Shown: positions 26,443-40,576 of the stretch, in pieces
How the letters are laid out: the number at the start of each line of letters is the position of its first letter
Numbering within the stretch: the stretch's first letter is position 1
NCBI RefSeq assembly: GCF_006345805.1
Contig: NC_043007.1
Coordinates: 44,330,001-44,394,000, forward strand
DNA length: 64,000 nucleotides
DNA from: Octopus sinensis
Taxonomy: Eukaryota
Direction of reading: 5' to 3'
Position numbers and translations under genes: made by a program
Notes under the pieces: generated by a model
The model's input: only the letters and a program-made list of their open reading frames with translations
Databases searched by the model: none
What the model was told of the DNA's origin: nothing

Positions 26443-26742
26443 CAGGCTGACCAAAGTCTTGTGCGTAGATTTGGTAGACGGATACTGAAATAAGTCTGTC
26501 ATATATATATATATATATGTATGTATCTATATACTTATGTGTTTGTGTCTATGTTTGTCTCCCCCCCCCATCGCTTGACAACCGATGTTGGTGTGATTAC
26601 ATCCCTATAACTTGGCAGTTCAGCAAAAGAGACTGATAAAATAAGTACCAGGCTCACAAAACAAAGTAGGCAGTGCTCCAACATGGCCACAGTCAAAATG
26701 ACTGAAACAAGTAAAAGAATAAAAGAATACATCCATCCATCC

Positions 26743-26779
<37 letters not shown>

Positions 26780-26799
26780 AGAGCACTCCATCAGTTATG

Positions 26800-27055
26800 A
26801 CCATGAGGTCCCAGCGGATATGATCAACAGAACAGCTTGCTTGTGAAATTAACATGCAAGTGGCTGAGCATTTCACAGACATGTGTACCCTTAATGTAGC
26901 TCTCAGGGAGATTCAGCATGATACAAAGTGTGACATGGCTGCCCTTTGAAATACAAGTACTACTCATTTTTGCCAGCTGAGTGGACTGGAGTAATGTGAA
27001 ATAAAGTGTCTTGCTCAAGGACACAACACATCACCGGGAAATGAACTCATGACTG
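26800..27055 (-). mobile_element. SINE family D copy (gttgtgtccttgagcaagacacttta core)
   Basis: Matches 47205-47540 (+) and 50715-51025 (-). Confidence 0.7.
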
Positions 27056-27056
27056 T

Positions 27057-27400
27057 TCAAAATACCACCTTTTCTGGAACTAGGATTGTATCAACTGACT
27101 TATAGATGTGAGGACTTCCAGAAAGGTACTGCAATAGCTGCTCATTAATTTTACATACAGTGCTGTTTTTTGGAGCCAGTATTATTCTTTCACACAGCCA
27201 ATGGAAATTGCGATAATTTTTTTTACCAATGGATGTAAGGGAGACAATCAATTTCTGAAAGTTACTTTGCAAAGAGTTACCTCCCTTCTCCACGTAACCC
27301 AGGAAGGGTATTTTTTGCTCCCAGAGGGTCCATTACTCATTATGTGAAAACTTTTAAGAGTCTAAAACCATCTCTAGAACATAAGTAATGTATAGTACCA
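27057..27400 (-). mobile_element. Helitron RepHel PIF1-helicase fragment
   Basis: ORF 27057..27293: NYRNFHWLCERIILAPKNSTVCKINEQLL...YKSVDT, typical of Helitron helicases. Confidence 0.8.
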
Positions 27401-27471
27401 GTTTGGAGAAGATCAGTTGTGAACTTCAGAAGTTATGCAGGCTTACACACACACAATCTCACTTTTATACA

Positions 27472-27600
27472 CAGGGGTTGGACAAAATAATGGAAACACC
27501 TATTTTAATAGGGGTAGGCCTGCCTTTGGCAGTAATTACAGCTTGAATTCTTTGAGGTATGAACTCATACAAAGTTTGAATTGTTTACCAAGAGGTTTTG
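27472..27600. mobile_element. Solo terminal fragment of the same Tc1 family
   Basis: CAGGGGTTGGACAAAATAATGGAAACACCT...ggcagtaattacagcttgaattct shared with 57631-57760. Confidence 0.85.
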
Positions 27601-29309
27601 TAGGAATTACTACATCCTACAATATGCTACTTTAATCCCTTCTTGATGTTGTCCCTTTTGGAATTTCCATCATCTGCTCCCTCCTGCCACTATTCAGGCA
27701 TTGGATTAACAACTCCTAGTTTTACCCCCTACTACTTACTTATTCAGTTTACTTTCACCTAACTAAATTCTGACCCCATATAGTAGGCACGTATTAATCA
27801 ATTTGAGAACTTTAGACTTATTTATACAGAACATATATAAATAATCTAGTCATTGAGTCTATAATTAAGAATATCATTACCAGCCAACAATAATAACTTC
27901 AGTAATGTTTATAGTAATATTATACTAGTAATCATGGGTAAATAGGAACATAGACTTTTTCAAATTCATACACTTCCTAAGCAATCAAAATAGGAGTATA
28001 ATTTACACAATTGGATAATCTTGAAATTTCTCCAATCAATATATATTTTTTCAATCACTATATTATTACTATTGTATTATTATATTATTACAATTATTAT
28101 AATGTTTTCTTTGTATTTTATCTTTAACTTCCATCTTAATATTCATTTCAGCTTATTTTATTCTTTACATTTTCACTTTGCTCTTTACCTCTTTGTAACC
28201 TATTATTATTTATTATTATTTATCTTTTTATGTATCATGTCAGATATCTTTTGAACATTTCCAAATATATTTGATGGATTTTGATATATTATTGATATAT
28301 TATTGATACATTCTTGATATCTTACAACATCTTTCTAACATCACCAGTTTAAGCTGTCAGTATTTTACTACTTCTAATGCCCTTTCACTATTACGTTTTT
28401 TTTAAAAAAATGATCCTTGTAAAACTCCCTTTTTTAAAAAATTGATTCTGACATAGCTCTATTCTTATAGAAACTTATACCTCTATACCAATTACTTCAT
28501 TTATTGTTAATTTGCTACTCCCTACTACTCCCTTTTATCACTTATGTGTATATTTATTTCTTTTATTTCTTTCCTTTCAATTCATTCCCTTTACTGATAA
28601 TCCATCACTCCAACTTATAGCTACTTAATGATAGGCTTATTAGATTTGTCATAGACAGATAAAAAACATTTTTAAAACTTTTAAATATATGGAACTCAAT
28701 CTATGGAGAATAGTATATTAAATTATAACTGTTATGTACTCATAAACAAGATATACACTTATAAGATGTAATGTATGTATGTATACACATGGATGGAAGT
28801 ACGTGAATGTATGTGAATACTACACATGGAGATATATATATGTGTATACATGTGTGTATGTATATATGCATATATGTGTGTGTGTGTGTATATATGTATG
28901 TATATGTGTGTATATATATATATATATGTTTGTGTAAAGATATAGGTGTGTGTATGTGTGTGTATTCATATCTATATTTGTACATATGCTTAAGGATAGG
29001 TGGATATAGTAGTGTATGTATATATTTACTAGGGTGTAACTGTAGATATGTGTGGAGATGTATGTGTAAATCCATGTATTTAATGCTGTGCTAATGAGGC
29101 ATGTTAGCATATATATATATATATATATATGTATGAGTGTGTGTATGCACACACATATACATATACTATAAACTTATAAAGCTAGTAATTTTTAGTCGTA
29201 AGTTATTTTAGTGTAAACTGACCATTCATCACAGCGATATCAAATTACAACCTCAATCTGTATTTCAACAAGTGGTCAAAATAAGAAATTATTTATGACC
29301 ACTACCTAT

Positions 29310-29537
29310 TTCTTTATTACCCACAAGGGGCTAAACATAGAGAGGACAAACAAGGACAGACATAAGTATTAAGTCGATTACATCGACCCCAGTGCGTAAC
29401 TGGTACTTAATTTATCGACCCTGAAAGGATGAAAGGCAAAGTTGACCTTGGCGGAATTTGAACTCACAACGTAACGGCAGACGAAATACTGCTAAGCATT
29501 TTGCCCGGCATGCTAACATCTCTGCCAGCTCGCCACC
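29310..29537 (-). mobile_element. SINE family B copy
   Basis: Nearly identical to 6375-6612. Confidence 0.8.
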
Positions 29538-29949
29538 ACCATCTCATCAAAGCCAAAATCTTAGCCCTTTATTATCCTATCTCTTTATCTCTTACTCTAC
29601 TTTATGTCCTTATTTCTTTTGTTTTTATCTCTTTTGTCACTTTAGCCTAATTTGGCTAATTCTTATTTATGTGGATCTAACTTTATTATCCTTATTTTTA
29701 CTTTTATTATTTTTGCTTTTATTACTCTTGTCTTTTGCTTCTATTGTCATTTACTTCCATTACTCTTATTCTTTATTTCTTATTTTTTATTTTTTTCTCT
29801 CTATTTTTTCTTTCTATTTTTCCTACTATCTTTTACAAGAGAATTAAATATAAACTCATTCCAATCTATTTAACATTCACTCTATGCTGATTGGTGATAC
29901 AGTACAGGCAGATTTTCGAAATCCAATGAATCTTTATACATTTATACAG

Positions 29950-30515
29950 TTAGGAAATTATACAAATATACTTTTTCAGGGAGATATGATAAACCTATTA
30001 CAATGGGTAATACTACATGTATATTTTTTATATTGTGGTGTAGTAGATAGAAGGATCTATTGGAAGTGCCCTATTATCGATATTTTTTCAACAATCTAAG
30101 TATGTCATGAGGTTTCCAGACATGAGTTCTACTCCTGTGTCAAATAAAGTATAAGAGTGATATTGTCTGCAAAAATTAGAAATAGGACACACAAAAAAAA
30201 ATCAATATTCAAAGTAATCAAACGTAAACAATGAAATGGGTTATTTTCCTTGAATGTTTAAAAACAAATATTGTACAGGTGCTATGGGTTATTTCCATTG
30301 GGTGTTAAAAAAAAATAGTTATATGAGGTAGATATAAAGGTCCCTTCCAGTGGTCGTATTATCGATTTTTTCAGCAATCTAAGTATGTCACAAGGTTTCC
30401 AGACATGAGTTCTACTCATGTGTCAAGTTTCATCAAAATCAGTAAAACAATGTAGGAGGAGTTAGCTAACAATGCCACAAACAAACACACACCGATTTTC
30501 CACATATGTAGTAGA
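29950..30515 (-). mobile_element. Probable non-autonomous Helitron-like repeat with an internal ~75-nt duplication
   Basis: Duplicate block ..attatcgat..caatctaagtatgtca..aggtttccagacatgagttctactc at ~30071 and ~30355; minus-strand terminus ATCTACTACATAT. Confidence 0.35.
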
Positions 30516-30536
30516 TGTAATATATATATATATATA

Positions 30537-33360
30537 TCATCATCATCATTTAAAGTCCATTTTCCATGCTGGCATGGGTTGGATGGTTTGACTGGAGTCT
30601 GGGAAGCCTGGAGATTACACCAGGCTCTAATCTGATCTGGTAGTGTTTCTACAGCTGGATGCTCTTCCTAAAGCCAACCACTCTGAGAGTGTAGTGGGTG
30701 CTTTTTATGTGCCACAGGCATAGGAGCCAGAGGGGGCTGGCATCAACCACATTTGGGTGGTGCTTTTATATGCCACCTATTCAGGAGCCAGAGGGGGCTG
30801 GCATCGACTATGTTGGATGGTGCTTTTACATGTCACTGGCATGGGAGCCAGTCAAGGCAGCACTGGCATCAACCACAACTACAATTTCCATTTGATCGTG
30901 GTTTAATTTGATTTTGATGTTGATATACTTGACTTAATAGGTCTCCTCAAGCATGGCATGTTTCCCTATGATCCAAAGGTACTTTTTGAGTGGGCTGGTT
31001 ATGCAACACTGGTGTAGATTGCAGCTGTGATCTCGCTTTATTTGCCAGGTCTTCTTAGTCACAGCATATCTCCAGAGGTCTCGGTCTTTCGTCATTGGCT
31101 CTGTGAGGCCCAATGTTCGAAGGTCATGCTTCACCACCTCATCCCATGTCTTCCTGGATCTCCCTCTCTACCATGGGTTCCTTCAACTGTTTGGGAGTGG
31201 CTCTTCTTCACACAGGTCTCCTCATCCATCCGTAGTACATGACCATATCAACGCAGACGTCTCTCTTGCATGCCACATCCGATGCTTCTTATGTCCAACA
31301 TTTCTCTCAGGGCGCCTACACTCTGTTGTATGTGCATACTGACATTACACATCCAGCGGATCATTCTAGCTTCATTTCTTTCGAGCCTACGCATGTCTTA
31401 GGCAGTCACGGCCCATGTTTCGCTGCCATGAAGCATGGCAGTTCACACACATACATCGCACAATCTACCTTTCGCTCTGAGCAAGAGGCCTGTTGTCACC
31501 AGTAGGAGTAGAAGCTTTCTAAACTTTGCCAAGGCTATTCTAGTGGTGACACTCTCTGAGCATTCACCCCCACTATACACTTGGTCACTTAGGTAGCAGA
31601 AGCTATCAACTACTTCGAGCTTCTCCCCCTGAAGTGTGATGGAATTTGTTTTCTGAGCATCTGTGGTGTTTATTGCCCCTGTGCATCTGCCGCACAGGAA
31701 AGCTATCTTCTCAGTTAATCTTCCTTTGATGTTGCTGCACCTATTATGCATCCATAGCTTACACTGGGTGCATATTATGGAGTTTCTACCTACACCTTTT
31801 CTAAAGATCGAGCAGAGACATCTACTTGAGGAGTGTGAGATGAGTTCGCCCTCCTGCTTACTAGGTCTTTGGTTTTTGCAACATTGACTCTAAGGCTTTT
31901 TGATTCTAAACCTTGCTTCCACACCTGAAATTTCTTCTTTAGTTCTGGTAGTGATTCTGCTATGAGAGCCAGGTCATCAGCATAGAGGAGCTCCCAGGGG
32001 CAACTTGTCTTGAATTCCTCTGCAGGACTATGATGGATAAGAGGCAGCTGAGGGCTGATCCTTGATGGACCCCTACTTCTACCCAGAATTCTTCACTATA
32101 CTCATTGCCAAATCTAACATTACTAATGGCATCTCTGTTTAGGGCCTGTACAGCCATTATTAACCATTTTTGAATCCCTAGTTTCCACATCGCCCACCAG
32201 ATAAGGGATCTGGGGACCCTGTCAAAAGCTTTCTACAAGTCCACAAAAGCCAAGTATAGGGATTTGTCATTGGCTAGGTATTTACCAGGAATATAACATC
32301 AGTAGTGCTTCTACCTGGCACAAAACTGAACTGCATCTCATCTAAGCAGACTCTCTCCCTAATTAGTTGGGCTATGACCCTTTCCATGACCTTCATCACC
32401 TGATCCAGCAGTTTGATACCCCTGTAGTTATTTCTATCTAAATTGTCACCTTTACCCTTGTAGCAATTGACTATAGTACTTCTACACCAGTCATTGGGTA
32501 TGACTCCATCATGAACTACCTGGGTTACAATACAGGTGACTAGGCTATTACCCACACCATCATATATTTTAAGCATCTCAGCAGTGATTCCTGATGGGCT
32601 GGGAGCTTTTCTTGGCTTCATACCCTTAATTGCTTTATCTACCAGGGTGCTGTCTATTTGGATAGCTGGTCCCTCTACTGGGTCAACCTTTGGCAGACTC
32701 TCCTCCTCCCATTCATTCTCCACGTTCAGCAGTCTTTCATAGTAGCTTCTCCAAGCCTCTTTCTTTTCAGAATCATTAAAAGCAAGTGCACCATCATCCA
32801 TGCAGACACATTTCTCTCCTGTGACATCACAATTTTCTCTTACAAATTGTCTTGCAATCCAAAATACTTCAGTTCTTTGGGCCTCACATCGCTGAACATT
32901 GGCAAACTTCTTTTCTGCTTCTCCCTTGGCTATGTATACCTGTTGCCCAACCTCCTTCCTGGCTATCTGGTACAGTTCCTTGCTACCCCCACTCTTCCAG
33001 TCTTTCCAGGCCTGTTTCTTTGCTCTAATGGCTTTGTCTACCATATTATTCCACCACCATGGAAGGTCTGGAAGGGAATTTGCACCATCTGCAGACTTAG
33101 TGTGTGGCACTTAGTAAGCTGTTCCATGGAATTTCCAGCTACCCTCTATGTCCGAGGTCTTTAGCTCCTCTTCCTTCTCATCAAATTTCTTTATGAGGAT
33201 ATCCCTAAATTTCTGACCATGTGAAGGGTTCTTTAGCTTCCAAATCCTTCTTTTCTGGATTGGTCTGCATCTTGGTATCCTTATGGCCTTGAGCCTAAAG
33301 TCACTAATGACTAGTCTATGCTGGGGGGTACATTCTTCACCCGGGAGGGTCTTTGTATTA
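30537..33360 (-). mobile_element. RTE-clade LINE, degraded second copy
   Basis: ORF 32274..33110 (NYRGIKLLDQVMKVMER, QFSFVPGRSTTD); endonuclease remnant QHRLVISDF; LYADD at ~31980; same 3' UTR and (CAT)n at 30537. Confidence 0.9.
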
Positions 33361-34339
33361 AAGTAATTGCATATATATATTATAGGCAATAATGTGCATG
33401 GGTGGATGCATACCTGTATATAAGCACAAAAAAAATTATCATATACCTATATATACACATGTGTATATGTGTATATACACAAGTAGAAAAGTATATAGAT
33501 ATGCATATGCACCCATATACATATGTACATACACATACACATGCACACGTATACATATGCTCAGCTTCATACACATTGATACATACCAATTAAAACACAT
33601 CTGTATATATACATACATGCATACATATATATGCATATACATACACATGTATAGATATATACATACATGTGTACCCATACTAATATATTCATACGCACGC
33701 AGAAGATTATAAATAATTTAATACATATATAGGCATGTTGAGATATATATAAATACACTTACAAACAGATATTAAAGTAAACATATAGACATAGATCTGC
33801 AAATGTATACATATATAGATATATATGCACCCACATACATATACATATGCACAGTTACATACAAATACAGACATATTATGCATATATATGTATATACATG
33901 CACATATACATACATACACACACACACACACATACATATACCTACATATATGCATACATATACATACGTGTGTACCAGAACTAGTTTTCTAGTATACATG
34001 CAGAAGTATATAGGTAATTAAATTCATATATAGGTATATTGAGATAAATATACACACATTTACAGATATTTAAATAAGCATATAGAGAAGCAAAACTATA
34101 TATATACATATATATTCATATATATATAGACACAAGATACATATATGGCTATATATACATACTTTTCCTTCAGTTATCATTATTAAATAATATTAAATAA
34201 CATTATTAGATAATGTTAAATAAAAAAAGTTATGTTATTTAGATTAGTAAGTGTGATATTAAATAATACTATTAAATGATAATATTAAATTATTTTAGAT
34301 TAGTGAAAGGATTAGTGAAAATTTTGCCATGTGTTTACA

Positions 34340-35830
34340 TGAAAAACGTTTGCATCTCTTGTATTTATTAGGTTCCCTTTCATATTCATTATTTTATAGT
34401 TTTCTTCAAGGCATAATCTACAGAATCTATTGTTGATTTTGTAAGAAGGTGCAAATTGGATTATGAAATCAATATTGTCTTTTTTGAGGTGTTAAATTTT
34501 TGTTGAGAGTCTAGTACTGTTTATTTTGCTTTGGTGCCTAAAGGTCAATTTGTGGTTTGAAATTCTTGATTTGATCCAGTTTTGTGTACATCCAATATAA
34601 TGATATTTTGAGAAATCCTTTGTTATAATTGTTGCATGGTATACTACATTTTTTGAGTCTCTACATTTGAGTCTCTACAATTACAATTTTTATGTGTAGG
34701 TAATGTGGTGTTATTTCTAGACTTTGTTGAATTATATGGGTTGTAGTTATTAAGAGTATTTATATTGCTAATTGTACTTATTATGTTCTGTTTTTTTAAA
34801 AAAATTATTTTTGTTTGTTTTAGGTTCAGATTTTAATGGAATTGATCTAGTTTCTTATTATTAAATGAAGATATAGGGGCAGGAACGGCTGTGTAGTAAG
34901 TAGCTTGCTTACCAACCACATGGTTCTGGGTTCAGTCCGACTGCGTGGTACCTTGGGCAAGTGTCTTCTACTATAGCCTCGGGCTGACCAAAGCCTTGTG
35001 AGTGGATTTGGCAGATGGAAACTGAAAAGAAGCCAGTTGTATATGTGTATATATATATGTATGTGTGTGTATATGTTTGTGTGTCTATGTTTGTCTCCCC
35101 CAACATCACTTGACATCTGATGCTAGTGTGTTTACGTCCCCATAACTTAGCAGTTTGGCAAAAGAGACTGATAGAATAAGTACTAGGCTTACAAAGAATA
35201 AGTCCTGGGGTCGATTTGCTCAACTAAAAGCAGTGCTCCAGCATGGCTGCAGTCAAATTACTGAAACAAATAAAAAGAGTAAAAAGAATAATATCATCTT
35301 GAAAAGGTTGGGAGAAACTGAAAATTCAAATCTGATATGTTTCTAGTATTTTTAAAGTTTTTATCAATAATCTTTCTAATAGATCTTATAAAATTCATCT
35401 TTAAATGTTTAGTGAAGGGAAATATTATCCATATGGTTTTATCAGGGTCTACCTTGGTTGAGCATTGATCTATTTTCAGAAAGTCATTTTTTCTCATACA
35501 TGGTATTGGTTTCTTTTTGACTATGTTTTTATTATCATTATTAATTTTATTATTAGTGTTATTCTTATCATTATTCTTAGTCGTCTTACTCTGGCTATTG
35601 ATGTTTTTATTTTTGTTATCTTTATATTCCTATTCTTATTTTTAATTATACAGTTGCAGTTTATGCTATCATTAATTTTTATGATTTTTGTTCTTACTAT
35701 GAATTTTATTTATGCTATAATGTTCATCATGCTTAAGGTTAATTTTTATATTATTATAATTGGCCTGTTTAACATAATTGCTATATTTATGATTAGTGTT
35801 GGGAGTTTTTATTATTTGGTTATGAGAAGC
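34340..35830 (-). mobile_element. Penelope-like element fragment (Asn-rich linker, W..PF segment, GIY-YIG), split by a SINE at 34875-35290
   Basis: TIWIIFPFTKHLKMNF (35294..35497 ORF); minus strand ~34530-34700 reads CNCR..NVVYHATI..YHYIGCTQNWIKSRISNHK. Confidence 0.7.
34875..35290 (+). mobile_element. SINE family A copy inserted into a Penelope relic
   Basis: Family match flanked by Penelope-like sequence on both sides. Confidence 0.85.
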
Positions 35831-38318
35831 TAGGAGACAGGTTTATTTAGCCAGAGGGGAAGCAGATGAGAAAAAATTTGCCAATGTTCTGCACCATGAG
35901 GACCAAAGACTTGAGGTATTCCACGTTGCAAGACAGTGTGTGGGAGAGAATCATGATGTGGTAGGAGAGAAATGTGTTCGCATGGATGATGGTTCACTTG
36001 CGCTAAATGATGATGCAAAGAGAGAGGTTTGGAGACACCACTATGAAAGGTTGCTTAATTAAGAAAATGAATAGGATAAAGAGAGTCTGCCGAATGTCAA
36101 CCCAACAGAGGGACCAGCTATCCGAGTTGACAGTTCCTTGGTAGTTAAGGCAATTAGAAGCATGAAGACAGGGAAAGCCTCAGGCCCATCAGGAATCACT
36201 GCAGAGATGCTCAAAATATCTGGTTGTGTCGGCTATAGCCTAGTCACCCGTATAGTTAACCAGGTGATACACGAAGGAGTCATTCCCAATGACTGGTGTA
36301 GCAGCATAATAGTCAACTGCTACAAAGGTAAAGGTGACGCCCTAGATACAAATAATTACAGAGGTATCAAGCTGTTGGATCAGGTAATGAAGGTTATGGA
36401 GAGGGTCATAGCCCAACTAATTAGAGAGAGAGTTAGTTTAGATGAGATGCAGTTTGGATTTGTGCCAGGGAAAAGCACCACTGATGCCATATTCCTGGTA
36501 AGACAGCTGCAGGAGAAATATCTAGCCAAAGATAAGCCCCTGTACCTGGCTTTCGTTGACATGGAGAAAGCCTTCAACAGGGTCCCCCGATCCCTTATCT
36601 GGTGGTCAATAAGGAAACTAGGGATAGATGAATGGTTAGTGAGAGCTGTGCAAGCCATGTACAGGGACGCTGTTAGTAAGGTGAGGGTTGGCAACGAGTA
36701 CAGTGAAGAATTCCGGGTAGAGGTAGGGGTCCACCAAGGTTCAGCCCTCAGCCCCCTCCTATTTATCGTAGTCCTCCAGGCAATAACGGAGGAATTCAAG
36801 ACAGGATGCCCCTGGGAGCTCCTCTATGCTGATGACCTTGCTCTAATTGCTGAGTCACTATCAGAACTGGAGGAGAAGTTTCAGGTGTGGAAGCAAGAAT
36901 TAGAATCGAAGGGCCTTAGAGTCAACCTAGCTAAAACCAAAGTCCTAATAAGTAGGAAGGTAGACAAGTCACAAACGCCTTCAGGTAGATGGCCTTGCTC
37001 GATCTGTAGGAAAGGCATAGGTAGAAACTCTATAAGATGCACCAAGTGTAAGCTATGGACACACAAGAGGTGCAGCAACATCAAGGGAAGGCTAACTAGG
37101 AAGATAGTTTTTGTATGTGGCAGATGCTCAGGAGCAATAAACACTGAAAATGCGCAGAGAGCAACTTCCGCCACATTTCAGGGAGAAAAACTAGAAATAG
37201 TTGATAGCTTCCGTTACCTAGGTGACCAAGTCAGTAGCGGGGGCGGGTGTGTTGAAACTGTAACTGCTAGAGTAAGAATAGCTTGGGCAAAGTTCAGAGA
37301 GCTCTTACCTCTGCTAGGGACAAAAGGCCTCTCGCTCAGAGTAAAAGGTAGACTGTATGATGCATGTGTACGAACAGCCATGCTACATGGCAGTGAAACA
37401 TGGGCCGTGACTGCTGAGGATATGCGTAAGCTTGTAAGAAATGAAGCCAGTATGCTCTGATGGATGTGTATTGTCAGTGTTTATACTTGACAGAGTGTAA
37501 GTACCTTGAGAGAAAAGTTGGACCTAAGAAGCATCAGTTGTAGTGTGCAAGAGAGACGTTTGCACTGGTATGGCCATGTAGCGAGAATGAATGAAGATAG
37601 TTGTGTGAAAAAGTGCCACACCCTAGCTGTTGAGGGAACCTGTGGAAGAGGCAGACCCAGGAAAACCTGGGATGAGGTGGTGAAGCACGACCTTCGAACT
37701 TTAGGTCTCACCGAGGAAATGACAAGAGACCGAGCCCTTTAGAAGTATGCTGTACATGAGAAGACCCGGCAGGACAAGTGAGACTATAACCCATGGCCTC
37801 AGTCCACTTATGCATACCATTCCTTCTTGGGACACAAAACTCTACTTGTGAAGACCTGTTGAGGCAAGTGAAAATCAAAAAATCAAAAAATCAAGATCAA
37901 AATCGATCAACATGAATGGAAATTGTAGCTGTGATACCAGTGCCGGTGGCACATAAGAGAACCATCCGAACATGGCCGTTGCCAGCTCCGCCCTGAGTGG
38001 CTTCCATGCTGGTGGCACGTAAAAAGCACCATCCGATCGTGGCTGTTTGCCAGCCTCGCCTGGCCTCTGTGCCGGTGGCACATAAAAGGCACCATCCGAC
38101 CGTGGCCGTTTGCCAGCCTAGTCGGGCACCTATGCCGGTGGCACGTAAAAAGCACCCACTACGCTCATGGAGTGGTTGGCGTTAGGAAGGGCATCCAGCC
38201 GTAGAAACATTGTCAGATCAGACTGGGCCTGGTGCAGCCTTCTGGCTTCCCAGACCCCAGTTGCACCGTCCAACCCATGCCAGCATGGAAAGCGGATGCT
38301 AAACGATGATGATGATGA
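35831..38318 (+). mobile_element. RTE-clade LINE, 5'-truncated; largely intact RT core (ORF 36138..37460) with an embedded PHD-type finger, long 3' UTR and (GAT)n tail
   Basis: RT motifs QFGF..GKSTTDAIF, AFVDMEKAF, GVHQGSALSPLLF, LYADD, YLG; premature stops at 37458 and 37488 (CGA>TGA type); tail gctaaacgatgatgatgatg. Confidence 0.93.
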
Positions 38319-38344
38319 GGGTATACTCTTTCTTTATAGGTATT

Positions 38345-38995
38345 TAAGTCACTAGTCTTAACATTATATTTATCTAATTATATTTAATATGACTTTTAGT
38401 AGTGTTGTAGTTCTTATTATCCTGCCTTCTTTAGTGCTATGTTGTACTAGTCTTTGTGTTTATTAAATACTTCTTCGTTAGATGATAGAAAATTTATTCT
38501 CCTCTCTATGTTAGTACTAAGGTTTTCTATAATATTTCATAGATGGTTACTGTTTGTGTTTATATATTTAATGTTGGCATTAGGTTTATGATAGGGTTGG
38601 TAAATAGAAGTATTAAGATTGAAGTTGACGTCAAGGAAGTTTACAGAAATGTTATCTGTTTCAATTGATATTGAGAGTCCTTGGTTCTTAAAAAATGTAT
38701 GAAAGGACCTTCTGTTGCACCCACATACTTCTGCATGCTTGGTTTCCCATTGGGTGCTATGGCTGTTATCTCTGCTTTGTATACAACTGTCTCCAAATTA
38801 CAGTGGCTATTCAGCAGACATATTGTGTTACCCCTGCATGAGTATCCTGTGTCTGTCTCAAGTGTGGGCCTACCTACTAAAATCTTCTTTGCACTAGGTG
38901 CATAGCTAAGGGATATTCTCAAGGCATGTCTATAAATATTTTGTTGAATCTATTTGTATGGGGGAAGTGTTTATCAACTAATCTAAGGAAGCTCT
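38345..38995 (-). mobile_element. Penelope-like element fragment with GIY-YIG endonuclease
   Basis: ORF 38641..38922: VVYKAEIT...KYVGATEGPF. Confidence 0.78.
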
Positions 38996-39002
38996 TACCT
39001 AC

Positions 39003-39380
39003 AGGTACAGGAGTGGCTGTGTGGTAGCTTGCTTACCAACCACATGGTTCTGGGTTCAGTCACACTGTGTGGCACCTTGGGCAAGTGTCTTCTACTATAG
39101 CCTTGGGCTGACCAAAGCCTTGTGAGTGGATTTGGGAGACGGAAACTGAAAGAAGCCTGTCGTATATATGTGCGTGTGTTTGTGTGTCTGTTTGTCCCCC
39201 CAACATCGCTTGACAACTGATGCTGGTGTGTTTATGTCCTTGTAACTTAGCGGTTCAGCAAAAGAGACCGATAGAATAAGTACTAGGCTTACAAAGAATA
39301 AGTCCTGGGGGCGATTTGCTCGACTAAATACGGTGCTCCAGCATGGCCACAGTCAAATGACAGAAACAAGTGAAAGAGTA
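39003..39380 (+). mobile_element. SINE family A copy
   Basis: Family match. Confidence 0.85.
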
Positions 39381-39458
39381 CTCTGGTCTTCACATTTATA
39401 GAGAAGGGTGGCATGAACCACAACACTTTCTGGTGGTGTTTTCTTTTATATATATATA

Positions 39459-39499
<41 letters not shown>

Positions 39500-39656
39500 T
39501 TCTCTTGGAGTGGTTGGCGTTAGGAAGGGCATCCAGCCGTAGAAACATTGCCAGATCAAACTGGGCCTGGTGCAGCCTTCTGGCTTCTCAGACCCCTGTT
39601 GAACCGTCCAACCCATGCTAGCATGGAAAGCGGATGCTAAACGATGATGATGATGA

Positions 39657-39715
<59 letters not shown>

Positions 39716-39989
39716 TATATTGGGTGTGTGTATGTGTTTCTGCATGCGTATGTGTGTGTATCCTTGTCTTGACATTACATGATAGTTGTAAATAAGTGTC
39801 ACTGTCATACAAGTCATTTGTTTCTAATCTTTTGTGAAAACATGTCTGGCCATGGTGGCGGGGGTGGGGAATATTACCTTGCTTGGTGACAAGTGAGGGT
39901 TGACAACAGGAAAGGCATCTAACCATAGGAAATCTGCCTCAATGAATTCCATCTGACTCATACAAGTATGGAGAAGTGGATGTTAAAAC

Positions 39990-40315
39990 GATGTTAATGA
40001 TGATGATGGTGGTGATGATAATGTTTACAATGAAGATGATGATGGCAGTGGCAGTAGTGATGATGGTAATTGCAACAACAACAATGGCAATGATGGTAAT
40101 GATGGTAGTGGGGATAATGGTGGAGGTGGTGGTGATGATAACTGTAATAATAATGATGATGATGATGATGATGGTGATGGTAATGATGGTAGTGGTAGTG
40201 GTGGAGGTGGCAGTGGTGGTGGTGGCAGTGGTGGTGGTGGCAGTGGTGGTGATGATGATGATGATGTTGATGATGGTGATGGTGGCGGTGGTGGCAGCAA
40301 TGGTGGTGGTAGCGG
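39990..40315. repeat. (GAT/GGT/GGC)n trinucleotide repeat block
   Basis: Direct inspection. Confidence 0.9.
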
Positions 40316-40428
40316 GTACTGTTTCTATTGCTGATGTTGAGAGATTTATCTCCAAATCCTAAACATGTTGTGTCACTGCCCTATTAATTAAAATCTCTCT
40401 CTCTTTTTTTTTTTTTGCCGTTATTCAG

Positions 40429-40576
40429 GAAACTGCAACAATGGTTTTAAAGACAATTGAAACTTTGTCCCTTTCAACCATCCAAGGTACTTGTACAATT
40501 GAGCTTCTTCTGGGAGACATCACAAGTCTTGAGATGAATGACAAAGTTGATTTGCTCATCGTGTCAGCTTTCCCTA
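40429..40576 (+). CDS. Coding exon 1 (12-nt leader, ATG at 40441): start of macro-like domain, [45 protein letters not shown]
   Basis: Acceptor T-run..ttattcAG|40429; donor cctA|GTAAGT at 40577; macro-type GDIT and D-hydrophobic strand motifs. Confidence 0.85.
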
